A DNA stretch of 64,000 bases from a virus: positions 1 to 64,000 of the IMG/VR virus record IMGVR_UViG_3300020442_000011; one strand, written 5' to 3'. The notes beneath the pieces are model-generated. The model was not told where the DNA came from, searched no databases, and saw only the letters and a program-made list of their open reading frames with translations. Below are positions 39,903 through 50,226 of this stretch, in pieces. The position numbers and the translations under genes were made by a program. The first letter of the stretch is position 1. Every line of letters begins with the position of its first letter.

Positions 39903-42035
39903 ATGGAAAATGTTTTTCTACGTGACGACACAAGTTACAAACGTGATTTTGGTTTCATTGACGCTATTTATAACGATACAGCAAAGTATATTCAGCTCCA
40001 AACAGGTGCTCCGTTTGAGAAGTGCTTGGAGTTTGCAAAACGTCGTCTTAATCCTAAAAACCCCAAGGGATTCAAAGACCCTAAAGCACTGGTGCTTAAA
40101 AAGGACAAAGTGGGCGATCGCTTTCCCGCTACAACGACTTTTATGTCGTTTATTAAAGACGTCGAAAGAGATAACTTTTTATTGTCGCCAAGTATGGCGG
40201 CTTATATGCGTGAAGAGCAAGAATATTCTCGTCATGCACGTTACATTGAAGAGGGTGTAAAGAACCGTAAGCGTGTTAAGAAAGAAATGATGGTCGCTAA
40301 ACAAAACAATAATTTTGAATTGGCGGCTGTTAAGAATGGTGAACAGCAAAACTTTAAACTTAACAACAACGCTTACTCCGGTGCCACAGTATCGACCGCC
40401 ACCATTCTTTATTATAAGTCGACGCATAGTTCTCTGACGTCCACATGTCGTACGGCAACGTCATACGCTAACGCAGCCAATGAAAAGTTTTTGATTGGTA
40501 ATCGTCATTACTATACGCCTGAGATTACTAAAGCTAATCTTGTTAGCCTTATCAATCTGAGTAATGTCGAAGAGATTGACAAGGTATGTAAACAGTTCAA
40601 CTTGCACTACCCGACACCAGAAGAAACATGCGAAGTAATTAACTACTCGACGAAACCTTATTGGGGTAGTGTTAACCATAACAATCTTATTTTTAATATG
40701 GTTAACAACATGACACCCGCTGAGCGTGCAACGGTGTGTTATGTAGCTGATATGTACCACCTCCATAAGTTCAACAAGGTGTTTGTTGAAACGTTCCTTC
40801 TTGAGTTGGGCTCTATCGGTGATGAAACACTTTACCCAACGACAGATAAAGAATTCGACGGTTATGACGATGACATTCAGCTTCTGGCGAACTTCCTCTG
40901 TTATGGTGAGGTAAAAGGCCGTAAGATCGACGATCTTAAAAAGGAAGGCGATGTTGCATGGGAAAAAATTAAAGCGACGGGTAAGAAGGCTCTCCACACC
41001 CTAAAGAAATATGGGACGCTAATTCATTATGTTTGGTTGGCGGATGTTGTGCCGTCTTCTATTCATGCTTTCCCTTCAGCTTACCGTCGTGTGGCTGTGG
41101 TGAGTGATACCGACTCGACCATGTTCACCATGCAGTATTGGGTTGAACAAATTTTTGGCTATACTAGTTTTTCCCTTAAAGCAAAGCAAATTGTCTTCGC
41201 CATCGTCTTTTTAGTTAGTGAGATGATGATGCATATCCTGGCGATCCAGAGTGCGAACATGGGTGTGTCAATTAGCAAACTTCGGCTATTGGCAATGAAA
41301 AACGAATATTACTTTTCGGTGCTTTCTATGACGATGCGTTCTAAACACTATTATGCGTCACGTGATGCTCAGGAAGGTGTTATGTTTGCCGAAGCCCAAC
41401 TTGAAGTTAAAGGGGTTGGGTTAAGGGATTCTAAGGTACCCAAGAAAATCAACGATCGTGCAAAACAAATGATGAAAGATATCATGAACACGATTAAAGA
41501 CGAACAACTTGTAGACATGCGTCAGATTCTCACTGATATTGCGGATATCGAACGCGAGATTATCCAGAGTATCAAAGAAGGTGACTACGAGTATCTGACT
41601 ACAGGCCAGATCAAATCGGCAACGTCCTACAAACAAAAAGAAGAGTCACCTGCTTTTAAACAATACCTTCTATGGAAAGAGGTATTTGCTGACTCCTTGG
41701 GTTCTGTAGGTGAACCACCGTATTCCGTTGTTAAGTGCTCTTTGCGTGCGGGTAACCGGACAGAACTAGAGGAATGGTGTGCGTCAATGAAAGACCAGAA
41801 GATGGCTGATCGACTACGTCTGTATTTAAAGCGTAACGATAAATCTGACATGTCGACGTTACAAATTCCTGCAGTTATTGTTGAATCTGGTGGTATACCC
41901 GACGATATTGTCAGTGGTATTGACATCCGTAAAATGGTCTTTAACACAATGGGTGTTTTCTACCTCATGTTAGAAGCTCTCGGTGTGTTCTTACAAGATA
42001 AACGCATCACGCGTCTAGTGTCCGATTTCCATTGA
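39903..42035 (+). CDS. Family B DNA polymerase catalytic subunit (phiKZ gp50-like)
   Basis: KLNNNAYSG (KxxxNSxYG-like), VVSDTDS, KHYY, EVKGV. ATG 39903 with AAGGAGG RBS. Confidence 0.88.
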   Translation: MENVFLRDDTSYKRDFGFIDAIYNDTAKYIQLQTGAPFEKCLEFAKRRLNPKNPKGFKDPKALVLKKDKVGDRFPATTTFMSFIKDVERDNFLLSPSMAAYMREEQEYSRHARYIEEGVKNRKRVKKEMMVAKQNNNFELAAVKNGEQQNFKLNNNAYSGATVSTATILYYKSTHSSLTSTCRTATSYANAANEKFLIGNRHYYTPEITKANLVSLINLSNVEEIDKVCKQFNLHYPTPEETCEVINYSTKPYWGSVNHNNLIFNMVNNMTPAERATVCYVADMYHLHKFNKVFVETFLLELGSIGDETLYPTTDKEFDGYDDDIQLLANFLCYGEVKGRKIDDLKKEGDVAWEKIKATGKKALHTLKKYGTLIHYVWLADVVPSSIHAFPSAYRRVAVVSDTDSTMFTMQYWVEQIFGYTSFSLKAKQIVFAIVFLVSEMMMHILAIQSANMGVSISKLRLLAMKNEYYFSVLSMTMRSKHYYASRDAQEGVMFAEAQLEVKGVGLRDSKVPKKINDRAKQMMKDIMNTIKDEQLVDMRQILTDIADIEREIIQSIKEGDYEYLTTGQIKSATSYKQKEESPAFKQYLLWKEVFADSLGSVGEPPYSVVKCSLRAGNRTELEEWCASMKDQKMADRLRLYLKRNDKSDMSTLQIPAVIVESGGIPDDIVSGIDIRKMVFNTMGVFYLMLEALGVFLQDKRITRLVSDFH

Positions 42036-42042
42036 GGTCAAT

Positions 42043-42366
42043 ATGTCCGAACATCCCCAGCAAAGTGAGCGCGTATCGGTTGTCATCAAAGTCGATAAAC
42101 ACGAAACGCCTAGTACTACCTACGTCCATAATCAACGACAGAGTGATGAAACCACCGCTGAGTTTCTTGAACGTATTACAAAGAAATACCCGGTACTAAG
42201 GGACTTCTTAAACATTGCTACCTATGAAATCGCATCAACATTCAAAAATGGTCGTGAGTGTGATTGGTCTCATTGTCTCACGTTTGACACCGTCCGAACT
42301 CATTGTCTTATCCAACCTGGTTCGGTCATCGACATTACTCAAAACCACATCACCTTGCATTTATAA
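42043..42366 (+). CDS. Hypothetical protein
   Basis: 107 aa, GAGG RBS. Confidence 0.6.
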   Translation: MSEHPQQSERVSVVIKVDKHETPSTTYVHNQRQSDETTAEFLERITKKYPVLRDFLNIATYEIASTFKNGRECDWSHCLTFDTVRTHCLIQPGSVIDITQNHITLHL

Positions 42367-42375
42367 GGATCCCCC

Positions 42376-43032
42376 ATGATTAACATTAAAGTCGGTAAGA
42401 AGCTCTCCATTAAAGAGACCACTGGGTATGTCGACGTTGAATATTTACGTACGGCCATTAACTTCTTACAGGATACACTGACAAAGATCGAGGAACATCA
42501 AGATTCTTTGATTTTTGAAGACGATGTCGCCACAAAAGAAGAAGCAACACGCGGTGTTGACACACACAGATTCACCACACCGAAACACATGTGTGAAATG
42601 TTGGATCAAATCTATCTAAAAACCAACGATCGCGTAAAACTTGGAGAACCAATACCGTCGTTTAACGATCCGAATGCCTCAGTGCGCGACATGTTTCTTA
42701 AAGATGAGGAAAACCCGCACGATTTAAAAGAAGACGTGGTTACCGATACTCCTAAACCGCGTCCGTTGGTATTCCACCATTACATTACCGATTTTAGCAA
42801 CATAGACGTAAATAACGCATTGAATGAAGTCGTTAACGGTAACGAAGTACCTGTGGATACGGGTTGTTTCAAATTACCCACCCAAGACTTTGTTGAAAAA
42901 TATAGGAGTGAACTAGCTCCTATCTGGTGGGTGTGTATTATTCTTCAACACAGCAAAGGTATCAAGATTATCGCACCTGGTGAAAAGTTTGAGTACACTG
43001 TGAATAACGCAGGTCAGATTGTTTTGACATAA
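42376..43032 (+). CDS. Hypothetical protein
   Basis: 218 aa, AAGGA RBS. Confidence 0.65.
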   Translation: MINIKVGKKLSIKETTGYVDVEYLRTAINFLQDTLTKIEEHQDSLIFEDDVATKEEATRGVDTHRFTTPKHMCEMLDQIYLKTNDRVKLGEPIPSFNDPNASVRDMFLKDEENPHDLKEDVVTDTPKPRPLVFHHYITDFSNIDVNNALNEVVNGNEVPVDTGCFKLPTQDFVEKYRSELAPIWWVCIILQHSKGIKIIAPGEKFEYTVNNAGQIVLT

Positions 43033-43042
43033 CGCCATACGG

Positions 43043-43063
43043 TCCCTCCCCATTGGGGAGGGA
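43043..43063. terminator. Bidirectional hairpin (CCCA-TGGG family)
   Basis: TCCCTCCCCA-T-TGGGGAGGGA between convergent genes. Confidence 0.75.
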
Positions 43064-43067
43064 ACTA

Positions 43068-44180
43068 TTACCATCCATGACCTTTACTTTCAATGACTTC
43101 TTTTAGTCGCTGTAAACGCGCCTTGAAACCCATGATGACTTTCGATGAACCGATCCCTGTAAAGACACGATCGGTCATAGATTCCATGGTAGTTTCGTAA
43201 AGATCGTTTATTTTCCCTCTATCTCCTTGACTAGCAACAATACCGTGGTCGACGATATATTCAAGATAAGGAAGACGGGCTGCAATAATTGCCCATTCAT
43301 TATTGTGGGTGATAGGCTGTATCGGTAAACGCTGCATGAGTGTAAAGAGACTTGTCTCAGTGATGAGCGGTGTACTGTGGACAAAGGTCTCGATATCGTT
43401 AATGCGCTTATCGTTATTTTCAAGGATTTTATTGCAGTAGTTATCAACCCTAGAAGAATGGTCAATTAAATAGAATGGATGAGTGGATGGATAGCGCCGC
43501 AAAGGCTTGTTGTTCGCCATGCGAGTTATCCGGTTGAAGATAGCAATATCCAGATAAGACTTAACGGTATTTGGTAATAGATAACCACCAACGAAACGGA
43601 ATACCGCCTCTTTCTGGTCAGCTTGTCTTTCTTTCTGGAAAGTTAGCCAACGTCGATATTGCAGTGCCATTAACGGGATATCAATGGCGGCGACAACTGT
43701 ACCTTGAATGTTATCTCGACTGTTAGGGACGGGTAACAAAAGATCATATCGGGTGTGATGCAAATACCGATAAGGTTCCCAAAAGCGCCAAGCTCCCTGG
43801 ACATTCAAGTCTTCCGGAATACCTTGATGGTGATCAATAACAATCTCATCTGTCATACGTCCCATCGTTACGCCGTCTTCATATACACGCCCACGGTAGG
43901 TAGGACTAACAAAATTGAAGTTACGACTAATAGGCTCACTGATATCGTCGATGTATTGAAGATAACGACGGTCGTCCAAATCCCAACGTCTGGGGAGTAG
44001 TGTCAATATCCGACATAAGACATGTTCGCTTTCCACCCGTTTAGGGTAATGGTGGTAATGCTGCATGACGTCGAGGAGCGCGTCATTAAACATACGGATT
44101 AGATATGGACGTTCAGGTGGAAATAGATTACCAATGTTCCTTGGAGATTGTGTGTTTCTAAAGAGCGAGTACATGTCCAC
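43068..44180 (-). CDS. Conserved phiKZ-like core protein (gp52-like)
   Basis: 370 aa on the opposite strand between DNA polymerase and chimallin. Confidence 0.55.
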   Translation of the reverse strand: MDMYSLFRNTQSPRNIGNLFPPERPYLIRMFNDALLDVMQHYHHYPKRVESEHVLCRILTLLPRRWDLDDRRYLQYIDDISEPISRNFNFVSPTYRGRVYEDGVTMGRMTDEIVIDHHQGIPEDLNVQGAWRFWEPYRYLHHTRYDLLLPVPNSRDNIQGTVVAAIDIPLMALQYRRWLTFQKERQADQKEAVFRFVGGYLLPNTVKSYLDIAIFNRITRMANNKPLRRYPSTHPFYLIDHSSRVDNYCNKILENNDKRINDIETFVHSTPLITETSLFTLMQRLPIQPITHNNEWAIIAARLPYLEYIVDHGIVASQGDRGKINDLYETTMESMTDRVFTGIGSSKVIMGFKARLQRLKEVIESKGHGW

Positions 44181-44205
44181 CTCAGGCGTGGTAAGATATT
44201 TAAAG

Positions 44206-44215
44206 TCTATATCAT
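44206..44215 (+). promoter_or_regulatory. Early promoter motif
   Basis: TCTATATCAT upstream of the 44269 gene. Confidence 0.55.
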
Positions 44216-44268
44216 CGTGTTGGTAACCACACAGGGTTACTTTTCCATTCGTCTATAAGGAACGTCTC

Positions 44269-44493
44269 ATGAGTAATGAAGCTACAACAAACCAGGTTGA
44301 ACATTACCGTACTAAACAACGTCAGGCGGTAATCACACTGAATGAAGAAATCAGTGCTGTAGAAGAGCACCTGAAAAAACTTACTGCTCTTCGTGATAAT
44401 TTGCAGGAAGAGTCCGCACAAGAAAACTATGAAGTTCCCGTCAATGAAAGTTACCATAAGGCGGGTTACCCCCATACTACAGACAAAGAATAA
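44269..44493 (+). CDS. Small coiled-coil protein upstream of chimallin
   Basis: 74 aa, TAAGGA RBS, heptad pattern LNEEISAVEEHLKKLTALRDNL. Confidence 0.6.
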   Translation: MSNEATTNQVEHYRTKQRQAVITLNEEISAVEEHLKKLTALRDNLQEESAQENYEVPVNESYHKAGYPHTTDKE

Positions 44494-44600
44494 TAAAACA
44501 TACTTGCATGTAGTATAGTATAGAGGAATTACTCCCTGACATCGAAAGGTGTCAGGTTACCTCTTATGCGTGGTATGTCGTGATGCTAGATAAATTCACA

Positions 44601-44610
44601 TCTATATCAC
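44601..44610 (+). promoter_or_regulatory. Early promoter motif for chimallin
   Basis: TCTATATCAC about 70 nt upstream of the chimallin ATG. Confidence 0.6.
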
Positions 44611-44677
44611 AGTAGTGTAGGAAACCCTACTAAAAAGAGCTTTGCGCAAAGCTTATTAAACTTAAGGAAGTATCGTA

Positions 44678-46678
44678 ATGATCGAACGTACTGGTAACAA
44701 CCAAGACAAACCTCAACAGCCGAACAATGGTGTTGGTCAAACACAAGCGGGTCAAGGTCCGAATGTCGATATGCATCCTGCCGGTGATGCGACCTTTCGT
44801 CCGGATTCACAGCAGGGACAGCATCGTCCTGGTTTCCGTCGCCTGAACGACAAACTCCGGCGTAGTGCTACCTCTGAGCGTTCTGAAGCTCGTGTTGCTG
44901 AAGCCCTCAAGCAGATGAACCGCGCTAAAGAAAGTGCTATCGAATCTCAAGTCATGAAGATCGAGCCGTTCTTCTTCCGCTTCGATCGTCAGACACAAAA
45001 CACGCTGATGTCAGCGATCATCGCTGCATTCACCTACAAGGTAGGTAACGTCACCACCATCGCCGTGCGTCCGCTTCTGCTGGAAACGCAAGACTCTCCG
45101 CTTCCGAAGCGTCAGCGCCAATACGGTCAGATGCGTGAAGAATTCCAGATGCGCGCTCAAGACGTTTACGATCGCGATTACTGGCAGAAAGTCGTGGCTT
45201 TCATCAAAGACCAGCTGAAGCTTCCTGAAGCCAATGTGGTTGACGCAGGTGTTCTACTGATCCCTGATGCGTACAAGATGAAAGATCAAGTCGTTGGTTT
45301 CGACTTCGAAAATGAGGCATCTGTTAAAGAACTGGTTGTTCAGACATCTAACCGTTTGGAAGATGCGTTGGCCCAGGTTTCTAACGAACCGCCTCTGAAC
45401 CTGACTGATCTGATGAGTGACAATGATCGTCTGCGTGTTAAGGTTGAAACAGACCTCGACATGGTGGAAGTCGACAGCGTAGGTAACCCCATTCGCTCCG
45501 ACATGCGTATCGTCATGAAGGTGGCTGGTGGTAACAACCAGCCGAACAACCTGCATGGCGATAGCCTGGTGACCGAAACTGAACTGAACAGCGTATGCGC
45601 ATACGTTGACTTCGAGTATCAGCGTCCTCCCCAGCATGTCAACCCACAGCACATGGGGCCGAACTACGTTCCGCCGAAGCCGTTCATTCCGGTGATTGTG
45701 GCAACAGCCGTCCGTAACGCATCATGGATTCAAGCCAACACCATCGAACTGTACCTGTTGGGTCTTTCCAACCTGTACCGTTGCATGAATGGCATGGCAT
45801 GGGCTCAAACACGCAACCCGAAGTTCACCGGCCAAGATCCGAAAGGTAAGTCCGTGAACATGCGTGATATTGCTGCTCTGGCCTACCTGACATCCAACCC
45901 GCCGTCTAAGCCGAACCTGTTGAGTTCTGACGCCAGCGATCAAGACTTCGTTGACTTCATGTACTTGACAGTAGAACAGAACCCCGCGTTCGCGTTCGAC
46001 TTCGATCCGGTTGGTGAGAACGTTGCAATCGAGTCAACATTTGCATTGTCTGCCAGCAACTCAGAGCATCGTCAGAAAGCGAAGGATGCTATCATCCGCG
46101 CTTGCGATAACCTGACCAACGGCAACTTCTCGCGGTTCTTCAATGCGAGCAGTGACATTGTAGTGGCGACTGGTACTGAAATCCACCTGGGTCGTTATCC
46201 GGATGCACATGGCGATATCCGTGATCCTCGTGATCTGGATACCGTTGCTGCGTTGAACCTGTCCAAAGGCAACATCAACGAATTTGTTGCCTGGTACAAA
46301 ACGCGCCTCGCTCCGGAACAGAACGGTGAAACGTTTGAAGGTGTCATGCGTAAGCGTGAGTCCATTGAGCGTAACTACCTGTCTCAGGGCATGACCATCA
46401 CTCGCCGCGCCCCACGCTACCTGTTCACCCAGCAATTCTTGGATGCGCTGGATGAAGCCATGGCAGCGGCAGGTGCTCGTGTTGAGATGAATGAAGTGCT
46501 TGGCATGTCTGGAGAGCAGTTCCTGGGTAACACCATGATCTCCCAGTACACTGTAAACACCGCACCCCGTACCGCTGGTATGGGTGGCCCTGGTGGTCAC
46601 GGTGGTGGTTACAGCTACGGCCATCCCGGTATGGGCGGTTGGGAAAGCCCGCATGGCGGTGGCGGCGGTCGTTACTAA
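44678..46678 (+). CDS. chmA: Chimallin, phage nuclear shell protein
   Basis: 666 aa directly upstream of nvRNAP beta', in a genome with PhuZ. DSVGNPIRSD segment, disordered N- and C-terminal extensions, C-ending codon bias, strong terminator. Confidence 0.85.
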   Translation: MIERTGNNQDKPQQPNNGVGQTQAGQGPNVDMHPAGDATFRPDSQQGQHRPGFRRLNDKLRRSATSERSEARVAEALKQMNRAKESAIESQVMKIEPFFFRFDRQTQNTLMSAIIAAFTYKVGNVTTIAVRPLLLETQDSPLPKRQRQYGQMREEFQMRAQDVYDRDYWQKVVAFIKDQLKLPEANVVDAGVLLIPDAYKMKDQVVGFDFENEASVKELVVQTSNRLEDALAQVSNEPPLNLTDLMSDNDRLRVKVETDLDMVEVDSVGNPIRSDMRIVMKVAGGNNQPNNLHGDSLVTETELNSVCAYVDFEYQRPPQHVNPQHMGPNYVPPKPFIPVIVATAVRNASWIQANTIELYLLGLSNLYRCMNGMAWAQTRNPKFTGQDPKGKSVNMRDIAALAYLTSNPPSKPNLLSSDASDQDFVDFMYLTVEQNPAFAFDFDPVGENVAIESTFALSASNSEHRQKAKDAIIRACDNLTNGNFSRFFNASSDIVVATGTEIHLGRYPDAHGDIRDPRDLDTVAALNLSKGNINEFVAWYKTRLAPEQNGETFEGVMRKRESIERNYLSQGMTITRRAPRYLFTQQFLDALDEAMAAAGARVEMNEVLGMSGEQFLGNTMISQYTVNTAPRTAGMGGPGGHGGGYSYGHPGMGGWESPHGGGGGRY

Positions 46679-46710
46679 GCAATAGTGTTTAGTTAACGAT
46701 TGATCGTGTG

Positions 46711-46742
46711 AAGAGGACCCCTTACGGGGGTCCTCTTTTTTT
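46711..46742 (+). terminator. Rho-independent terminator after chmA
   Basis: AAGAGGACCCC-TTACG-GGGGTCCTCTT plus T-run. Confidence 0.85.
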
Positions 46743-46766
46743 GTCGCTTATGGAGTATTAAGGTCT

Positions 46767-48632
46767 ATGGGTATCTATGCTACCATGGTGGATTTCGAAG
46801 ATGAGTTTAATCGTCTTGAACGCCCGCCTAAGTTTGCTAACGATTATGATGTCTCACGTCCAGAAGAGCGCCAGGCTCTGGACATGCATCTTTATACTCA
46901 TTACAAGAACACAGACGTCATCGAAACATCAGCGTCGTGCCATTGTGGGTATTACACGTCGGCTCACCGCATTGGTTACATATGCGATAAGTGTCATACT
47001 GAAATCGCCAGCACAGTCGACAGAGCGATTGAATCGTCGTTATGGTTGAGGGCACCAGAAGGAACATTGGGTTTTATCCATCCTGAGTTCTGGTCGATCA
47101 TCGAGCAGCGTCTAGGTACGAGATCGTTTGACTTCCTTCGGTACATGGTCAATACGAACTATAACTTCGACTACACTAAGATCACCTCTAAGGATGCTCA
47201 ACGTACCGTCGATAAATTCCTCGCGTTTGATCCACCTCGTGGGCTTAACAACTTCATCAAACATTTCGACCGTATCATGGAAGGGTTGTTTGAACGGAAT
47301 ATCGTCAGCGGTAGCAAGGCAGAAAAAGAAGAGCTTAAAATGATTATCCAGAATAATCGTTCTTTGCTATTCCCCAAATATCTACCTGTACCATCTCGAC
47401 TTTGTTTCGTTGTTGAGACCACGACGTCGAGTACGTATATCGACGCCCCATTGCGCGATGCAATGAACGCTATCAATGCCATCACCTCCATCCGTGCCGC
47501 TCAAGAACCGATGAGTGATAAGATGGTTCAAAACGTCACCTTTGTGGCGGGTGAATCATTGGCGAAGTTTTACGACAACTACATCACACACCGCATATCT
47601 AAGAAACCAGGATTGGCACGCCGTCACATCTTCGGTAATCGTTTGCATATGAGTGCTCGTGGTGTAATTGACTCAATCAACGACCCTCATTATTTCAGCG
47701 AAATTCACATCCCTTGGGGAATGGCCTTACAGCTATTCAAGTATCACATCTTGAATAAACTTAATCATCGGGGCTTTACTGCTCGCGAAGGGATGGATCT
47801 TATCTATCGGTCTGTTCTTTGTTATAACGAAACGATTGATGAAATCCTCAATGAGTTGATTGCTGAATCACCTCAGATTGATCCTGAGTTCACTGATAAG
47901 CGAGGCATTCCTGTTTCGCTCCAACGTAACCCGACCTTGCAACGTGGATCAACCCAACTTTTCTTCATCACAAAAGTCAAAACCAAGACACGTAATAACA
48001 CCATCAGTATGTCACCTATTTGTTTGCGCGCACCTAACGCGGATACAGTGTACATAACACAGTTAGTGTGTTATGTGTAAGTCCCCTTTGTCAGTAATGG
48101 CAATTGAAACACTTCTCTAATTGCTGGAATCCACTAAAGCTGTCTCACCACAATGTTACCTGAAAAGGTCAGTTAAAAAGCATGAAGGTTTAAAAACGAG
48201 ACAGATGAGATCTACGGATCGAAATGGGTAATCAGCAGCGAAGCTCCTAAGGCGACAGCTATGGAGTGTGTCCAACGACTATCCCCGGCGGGGGAGTAGG
48301 GTCCAAGTGGACTCGAAATGGGAAGGGTCCTTAGGAGTCATCTTAAGGATCGTAATATAGTCTCGACGTCTGGGGAAAGCCCAGAGCAGTGCTTAAGTGC
48401 ACGGGTAGGACTAACGACCCTACTGAAGATCTCGTTCGATGGTGATATGTTGAATATGATTCTTATTCCGGATAATTATCTACGTGATGCGTTTGAGCGT
48501 ATCTCACCCCATCTTTGGGTGTGGTCACTTGACAAACCACATGAAATATCCAACAACCTGACACTTCAAGGTCCTGTCATCGATACAGCGGTTAACTTCG
48601 CGTCAATGACACAACCTGATATTGTCCACTAA
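46767..48632 (+). CDS. Non-virion RNA polymerase beta' subunit, N-terminal/catalytic part (phiKZ gp55-56.1-like), spliced: exons 46767-48044 and 48435-48632
   Basis: Zn finger CHCG..CDKC, KKPGLARRHIFG.R, RNPTL. Joining the exons gives an in-frame NADFDGD, 491 aa total. Confidence 0.92.
48045..48434 (+). mobile_element. Group I self-splicing intron (IA2-like), no endonuclease ORF
   Basis: Exon ends in U (GAT) and intron ends in G. P AATTGCTGGAA 48119, Q AATCAGCAG 48230, R TCCAACGACTA 48271, S AATATAGTC 48354. P3 CTTCTC/GGGAAG, two extra stems after P7, IGS GTCC pairs with exon GGAT. Confidence 0.92.
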
Positions 48633-48641
48633 GAGGTTTCT

Positions 48642-49256
48642 ATGGCACGACAAGTAATGGGGGGTGCTGACCTCCTCGATGTAGCGGGTGGAGGATTTAT
48701 ATCGAGGGGTGTGGAGTCTTTCCTGGACAGTGCCTCGAACATGATACGTAGTGCAATGCCACAGCAGGGGTTGGAATTCATCGACAATTGGCGTAATTCG
48801 TATAAGACGCTGGATATCGATGGTGCCCTCTCCCTGATGGATAACCTGAAGCGTAAATCTGATACGTCTTGGGACACGCTGTCTATCCAGACATTGGATG
48901 ACATACAGGCTACCCAAACAGCCGGTCCTGTTATGCAGCGGTGGATCATGGCTCAAGAAGAAATACGTCGTCGGTATCTGGGTAACTCGTTATCGGGTTA
49001 TGAAGAGACGTATGTCAACTATCATGGGGATGATGTGGGGGTTGACCATAAAGACTGGCGTATAGTAATGGACGGTGTTGGTCAGCTTGAGGAAGGCAAG
49101 TATAACAAACATCGTTACGGTGAGCTTTACGTGGAAGGCGATGCAGAATTGAGAGCGTCACAAAAGATGTCTATCATGGCGACTTGGGACTTCCTGAGTA
49201 AATGTCTTGAAGACGGTGATGAAGATCCTACCTGTCCATACGGTAGTCCTCTCTAA
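48642..49256 (+). CDS. Conserved core protein (phiKZ gp59-like)
   Basis: 204 aa, GAGG RBS, MQRWIMA and C-terminal DPT, synteny. Confidence 0.5.
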   Translation: MARQVMGGADLLDVAGGGFISRGVESFLDSASNMIRSAMPQQGLEFIDNWRNSYKTLDIDGALSLMDNLKRKSDTSWDTLSIQTLDDIQATQTAGPVMQRWIMAQEEIRRRYLGNSLSGYEETYVNYHGDDVGVDHKDWRIVMDGVGQLEEGKYNKHRYGELYVEGDAELRASQKMSIMATWDFLSKCLEDGDEDPTCPYGSPL

Positions 49257-49262
49257 CCACAT

Positions 49263-49286
49263 ATGCGACCCCAAATGGGGTCGCAT
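49263..49286. terminator. Hairpin (CCCA-TGGG family)
   Basis: ATGCGACCCCA-AA-TGGGGTCGCAT. Confidence 0.7.
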
Positions 49287-49367
49287 TTATTCCTACCCGT
49301 ACTTTATTTTTTTGTTAATTTACGCACTTCCTGGATGTTATGCACCATAGCTTAATTGGATAATTCC

Positions 49368-49748
49368 ATGAAAATCCCAACGTTGAACGCTTGGGTGGAT
49401 ACACCTGACGAACAGGCGGATTATTTGTTAGGCTGTTTCTACACTAGTGAGAACCTACAGTCAACACTGAGTTATGGTAACATCCAATCGTTACCTTATC
49501 TCATCCAGCGTTATGGGAAAGAACCACTTACGTTACAGACGAATGCAACTGAGCAATTAGAACAGTTGTTGTCAACGGTATTTGAGGTTAATCTTCTCGA
49601 TCTCAAAGTTACCGCTGATGAAAGCGAGCCTAATTCGCTCGCTATTCGCCTTAACTGCGTTGTTTCCATTGACGGTAAAGAAGTATCCCTAGGACACCTT
49701 CTACGCTACGTAGACGGTCGTCTCTCCAACATCCAAAAGAAACTGTAA
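49368..49748 (+). CDS. Conserved small protein (phiKZ gp62-like, possibly T4 gp25-like fold)
   Basis: ATG 49368 after GGA, ~126 aa, synteny. Confidence 0.5.
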   Translation: MKIPTLNAWVDTPDEQADYLLGCFYTSENLQSTLSYGNIQSLPYLIQRYGKEPLTLQTNATEQLEQLLSTVFEVNLLDLKVTADESEPNSLAIRLNCVVSIDGKEVSLGHLLRYVDGRLSNIQKKL

Positions 49749-49761
49749 AAGAGACTTACGA

Positions 49762-50226
49762 ATGACCACTAAAGCAAAAGCAACCCCGTCAGCTAAACCC
49801 AAGACTACCAAGTCATTAACGGCTGATCAGAAACGTATCATCGCATTGGAAGCGCGCATCATCGCACTCGAAGATCGTCTCGATACTCAGAATAAAGAAA
49901 ATATCTCTTTGTTCGGTCAAATCCTCAGTGGTATCGGAATGACGCTGGGTCGTCAGGGTCAAGCGCTTCATGAAAAAGTCTTTCCGCCGACTTACAGTCT
50001 TTCTCTTGTAACAAAGGAGGAAGATGAGAACGAACAGACCGCAACATTGATCGTTGAGAACGACGGGTCGTTCTCGTTGCTTTCTCGAAATGCGGAAGGT
50101 AATCGTGTCCCCTTCCCTAAGCAAGAAGTTGATCTTTTCCCAGTTGCCGAGTTCATCAAGAAAAATAAACTCGTTGCTGGTAAAGTGTATTCTGTCAACA
50201 TTTTCCGAGAAGAAGGAACCAAGTAA
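49762..50226 (+). CDS. Hypothetical protein with N-terminal coiled coil
   Basis: 154 aa, repeated RIIALE, TAATG coupling to next gene. Confidence 0.6.
   Translation: MTTKAKATPSAKPKTTKSLTADQKRIIALEARIIALEDRLDTQNKENISLFGQILSGIGMTLGRQGQALHEKVFPPTYSLSLVTKEEDENEQTATLIVENDGSFSLLSRNAEGNRVPFPKQEVDLFPVAEFIKKNKLVAGKVYSVNIFREEGTK

Noticed and set aside
46061-46682. 197-aa and 85-aa minus-strand ORFs
   Set aside because: Antisense shadows of the codon-biased chimallin gene.
48318-48434. N-terminal part of the 104-aa ORF as a separate gene or homing endonuclease
   Set aside because: It overlaps intron core elements (P3', P8, S, P9) and has no HNH, GIY-YIG or LAGLIDADG motif. Only the part from 48435 is exon 2.
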